64,000 nt of DNA, taken from Paraspadella gotoi. Its lineage: Eukaryota > Animalia > Chaetognatha. Each line of letters begins with the position of its first letter. Within the stretch, counting starts at the first letter, position 1. The position numbers were made by a program, and so were the translations under genes. The notes beneath the pieces were generated by a model. That model ran no database searches. It saw nothing but the letters and a program-made list of their open reading frames with translations, and had not been told where the DNA came from. The stretch lies in NCBI GenBank assembly GCA_051294375.1, contig CM119266.1, forward strand, positions 749,554-813,553, given 5' to 3'. This document shows positions 61,301-64,000 of this stretch, piece after piece.

Positions 61301-63825
61301 TCACTTCATCTTTGGGTTTTTGGCTTTTTGACAACGCGAGCACATTTTTGTGTCCACTGCCATTATCGATTTTGCGCCTCCACCCTCATCTTTCGAAGCC
61401 ACCACTTCATTGCCCACACCCTATCATTTGCCCACTCCACTATTTTTATTTCCCACACTCACCCACACAACATCTTTGCCCAAGTCACTGTTTCATTCCC
61501 CACACTAACGTTTCAGTCAATACCGCAACTTTTTTTACTTGCCACACGCACGGGCCAAGTCCACCCAACAAAATTTGCCCACATTTGCCCACATTCGCCC
61601 ACTACCCACACTAACGTTTCAGTTAAGTCGACGACTTCTTCGCTGACGCTGAGGAATCGAAAAAAGTTTTGAAAGATGAGAACGATTGTGGCGATGGGAG
61701 CGCAGGCGAGGAACCCGATCCAGATCGATTGTTGGAACACGATCCCAATTCTCTGAAAATTAAATAGCTGGTGACATGGAATGGAATAGGTGACATGGAA
61801 TGGAATTAGGTGACATGGTATGGAATTAAGTGACATGGAATGGAATTGGATGGCATGGAGTGAAATTTGGTGATATGCAATAGAATTAGGTGACACTTTT
61901 GAAGAATACGTATATTTAGACATTTTCTGTTTGAGTTGAAAGAAGGAAATAAAACGAAAATAAATGTGTATTTTGGTCTCATTTGTTTCATTCCCGTTCA
62001 CTCACTTTCAAGTCCTGTTTTCCGTGAGCCTGTGACATTAGAGTTTCACAGGCGCTCGACAGACCGAGTAGAGCCGAGTTTCCACAGACGTTCACGATCG
62101 CCGTCGATATTCCTGACGTGGTGATTTATATTTATATAGAATAGAACTCAACACTAACATTCCTTTCCTCTTCTGTCGCTAATATTAAAGATATAATAAC
62201 ATTAGCTACAATCATTGTAAATTTCCGAAAGCACCCCTTTTCTGTTCCGAATTTCTAAACTTAATAATTAAAACCTTGTGGCGAATCCTAAATTCGCCTC
62301 CCGTATAGCTTGGTGAAACTTAGCTCGTTCCATTGACTTGGACAGCTAAGTACTCATTTACCAACCGTGAGTTCCGGGTTCAAACCCCTTACCCCTTACC
62401 CCTTACCCCTTACACCCCTGGCATCACACATGTCCTTCCATATTAACCTAAATATTTAAAGCTAATATCTTACCAAATCCTTAATCCTAAAACTTAACCC
62501 TAACCCTAATTTCTACTCAAAAACCTGAATCAATAATATATTGCCAAATCAATAACCTAATCTTTCATATAATCATTAACTCAAAACCTTAACCTAAACT
62601 ATGATTTAAAAGCTTACTTCTTTTTATGTTAAAGCTAAAATGGGACAATTTCGAAATATAATGCCAAACCGAGAACCACGTCTTAAGTTTTACTTTTAAC
62701 TTTTAACATTTTTTCTTACATTCCCCTAATCGATTTGAGGCTTATTCCATTTTAAAAAGGAAGAGCTAGGCACAATTTTAGTGAAATTAATTAAACTTAT
62801 GTAATCGCCATTACGTCACCATTCTTTCTGGCCATCTTGATAAGGTGATAAGTTTTTTCGATTTCGAGCGCCGCGAATCTTTATCTTGATGGCCAAAAGG
62901 TGTAATAGTATATCTCTTATGTATCCTTAATTTATTTGTAAACTTAAAACAGAGAAAAAACCTATCGAAAAAGAACAAATAATGAAATAAAGCGAAAAAA
63001 GACGAAAGAAAAACATTGGTTAAACTTAAAATCCACAAAAGTAATTATTTCATTATTTTGTACGCAGACGCAGCTGGGGAAATCCGAATAAAAAAATACG
63101 TATATTTACGTGAATTATACGAAATTCGTTGGTTCTTATACATTTGGGAGAATAGCAAACACGTAGAGTAGGTAGGTTTACTATAGCACAGATATGGGAA
63201 AGAATTACACACCGTCATTAGGCTGATCTGAAGAGACAGAAATAATTGTTATGAGTTAGTGACAGAACCGTTCAATATCAAGCAGTCCCTGAGATTCGGA
63301 TAAGGCTGTCACACTGAGTTACAGGCGGGTTAAGCGACCCGTACCTCTTAACTGCTAGGCGGCCACCGGGTAGAACGCCGGACCTTTGGGTTGGGAGGAA
63401 AATGGCTTGCCTCCTGCACCAATGGCCGCTGATGAACGGTTGGTGGATTTTAGTCCACCATACTTTTTTAAATGTCTTTTGAACGCCTTTTGACACAACC
63501 ATCAGTTTAAAACTTACCCACGGCGCATACCTTACCCACAGCCATGACTCACACATAGCCGCCCTTGCGAAGTTTTCTTACAGACAGATAGAGCGAGACT
63601 CACCGTAGACTTTCTCTCTTGACTTACCCTTGGCCACTATCTCAAGACTCACCCACGGCCGCCAGCGCGTCTTTCCCCAGTCTCCCGATAAAAGGAATAG
63701 AGATGAATCCAAACATGACGAGCGCCAATTGCGTCAGGATGATCGGCCAACAGAGCGACACCAAATGGACCAACGTCGCCCAACACCCCGTCGGGAAAAA
63801 ATGGTGGCACAACAGCTCGTAGCAT
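58309..63825 (-). CDS. MATE (SLC47-like) transporter, paralogue B
   Basis: MLRAVVPPFFPTGCWATLVHLVSLCWPIILTQLALVMFGFISIPFIGRLGKDALAAVG, RIGIVFQQSIWIG, LMKFLQCQLVVIP, YLKLAIPGMIMICLQWWAFEI, GVIRGCGRQKVGAILNFVG. Intron positions match paralogue A. Exons near 62000-62110 and 58860-58950 are noisy. Confidence 0.9.
63257..63461. mobile_element. ~205-bp interspersed element, copy 3
   Basis: Aligns end to end with 27926-28130. Confidence 0.8.
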
Positions 63826-64000
63826 GTTGTCGCTTTTCTAAAAATAGATTTTATGATTTAGTGATTGTGATAGATAGAGTGTTTAAGTAAAATTATGACG
63901 TTATCTCAACAACTGTGAAATAAAAACCAAATTATTGATCACGAATAACAAGAAAGCCAAATTAATAAAATTATTCTAAAACAGAGAAAATACTATACTA

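Noticed and set aside
63228-63240. CTGAAGAG hammerhead-like core
   Set aside because: No compatible stem II/GAAA/stem III arrangement could be built.

Overview
Intron-rich eukaryotic (animal-type) genomic DNA from a gappy draft assembly. It has AT-rich introns, GC/GAC-rich exons, abundant (AG)n and other microsatellites, N-gaps, and several near-identical blocks duplicated next to gaps with indel noise typical of poorly polished long reads. Most ORFs in the supplied track are microsatellite artefacts; the real genes are spliced and were rebuilt by hand from GT-AG sites and phase consistency. Gene content: an orphan, probably secreted protein (-), a long chimeric globin (+), a GH18 chitinase with a CBM14 domain (-, partly duplicated), two tRNA-Phe(GAA) genes (one inside an intron), a secreted nucleoside-hydrolase-like gene (+), a tetraspanin (+), and two tandem MATE/SLC47 transporters (-). 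Repeats include a 45-bp satellite, several foldback/MITE elements and a 3-copy Helentron/HINE-like element with a tRNA-like core. Most notable: (1) a 265-bp, target-site-duplicated, heavily base-paired and apparently pseudoknotted insert present in only one copy of chitinase intron 1; (2) a globin with LeuE7/HisE11, shifted introns and large low-complexity extensions; (3) Gln in place of the key TM7 Glu in both MATE paralogues. All alignments and folds were done by eye; no searches were run.
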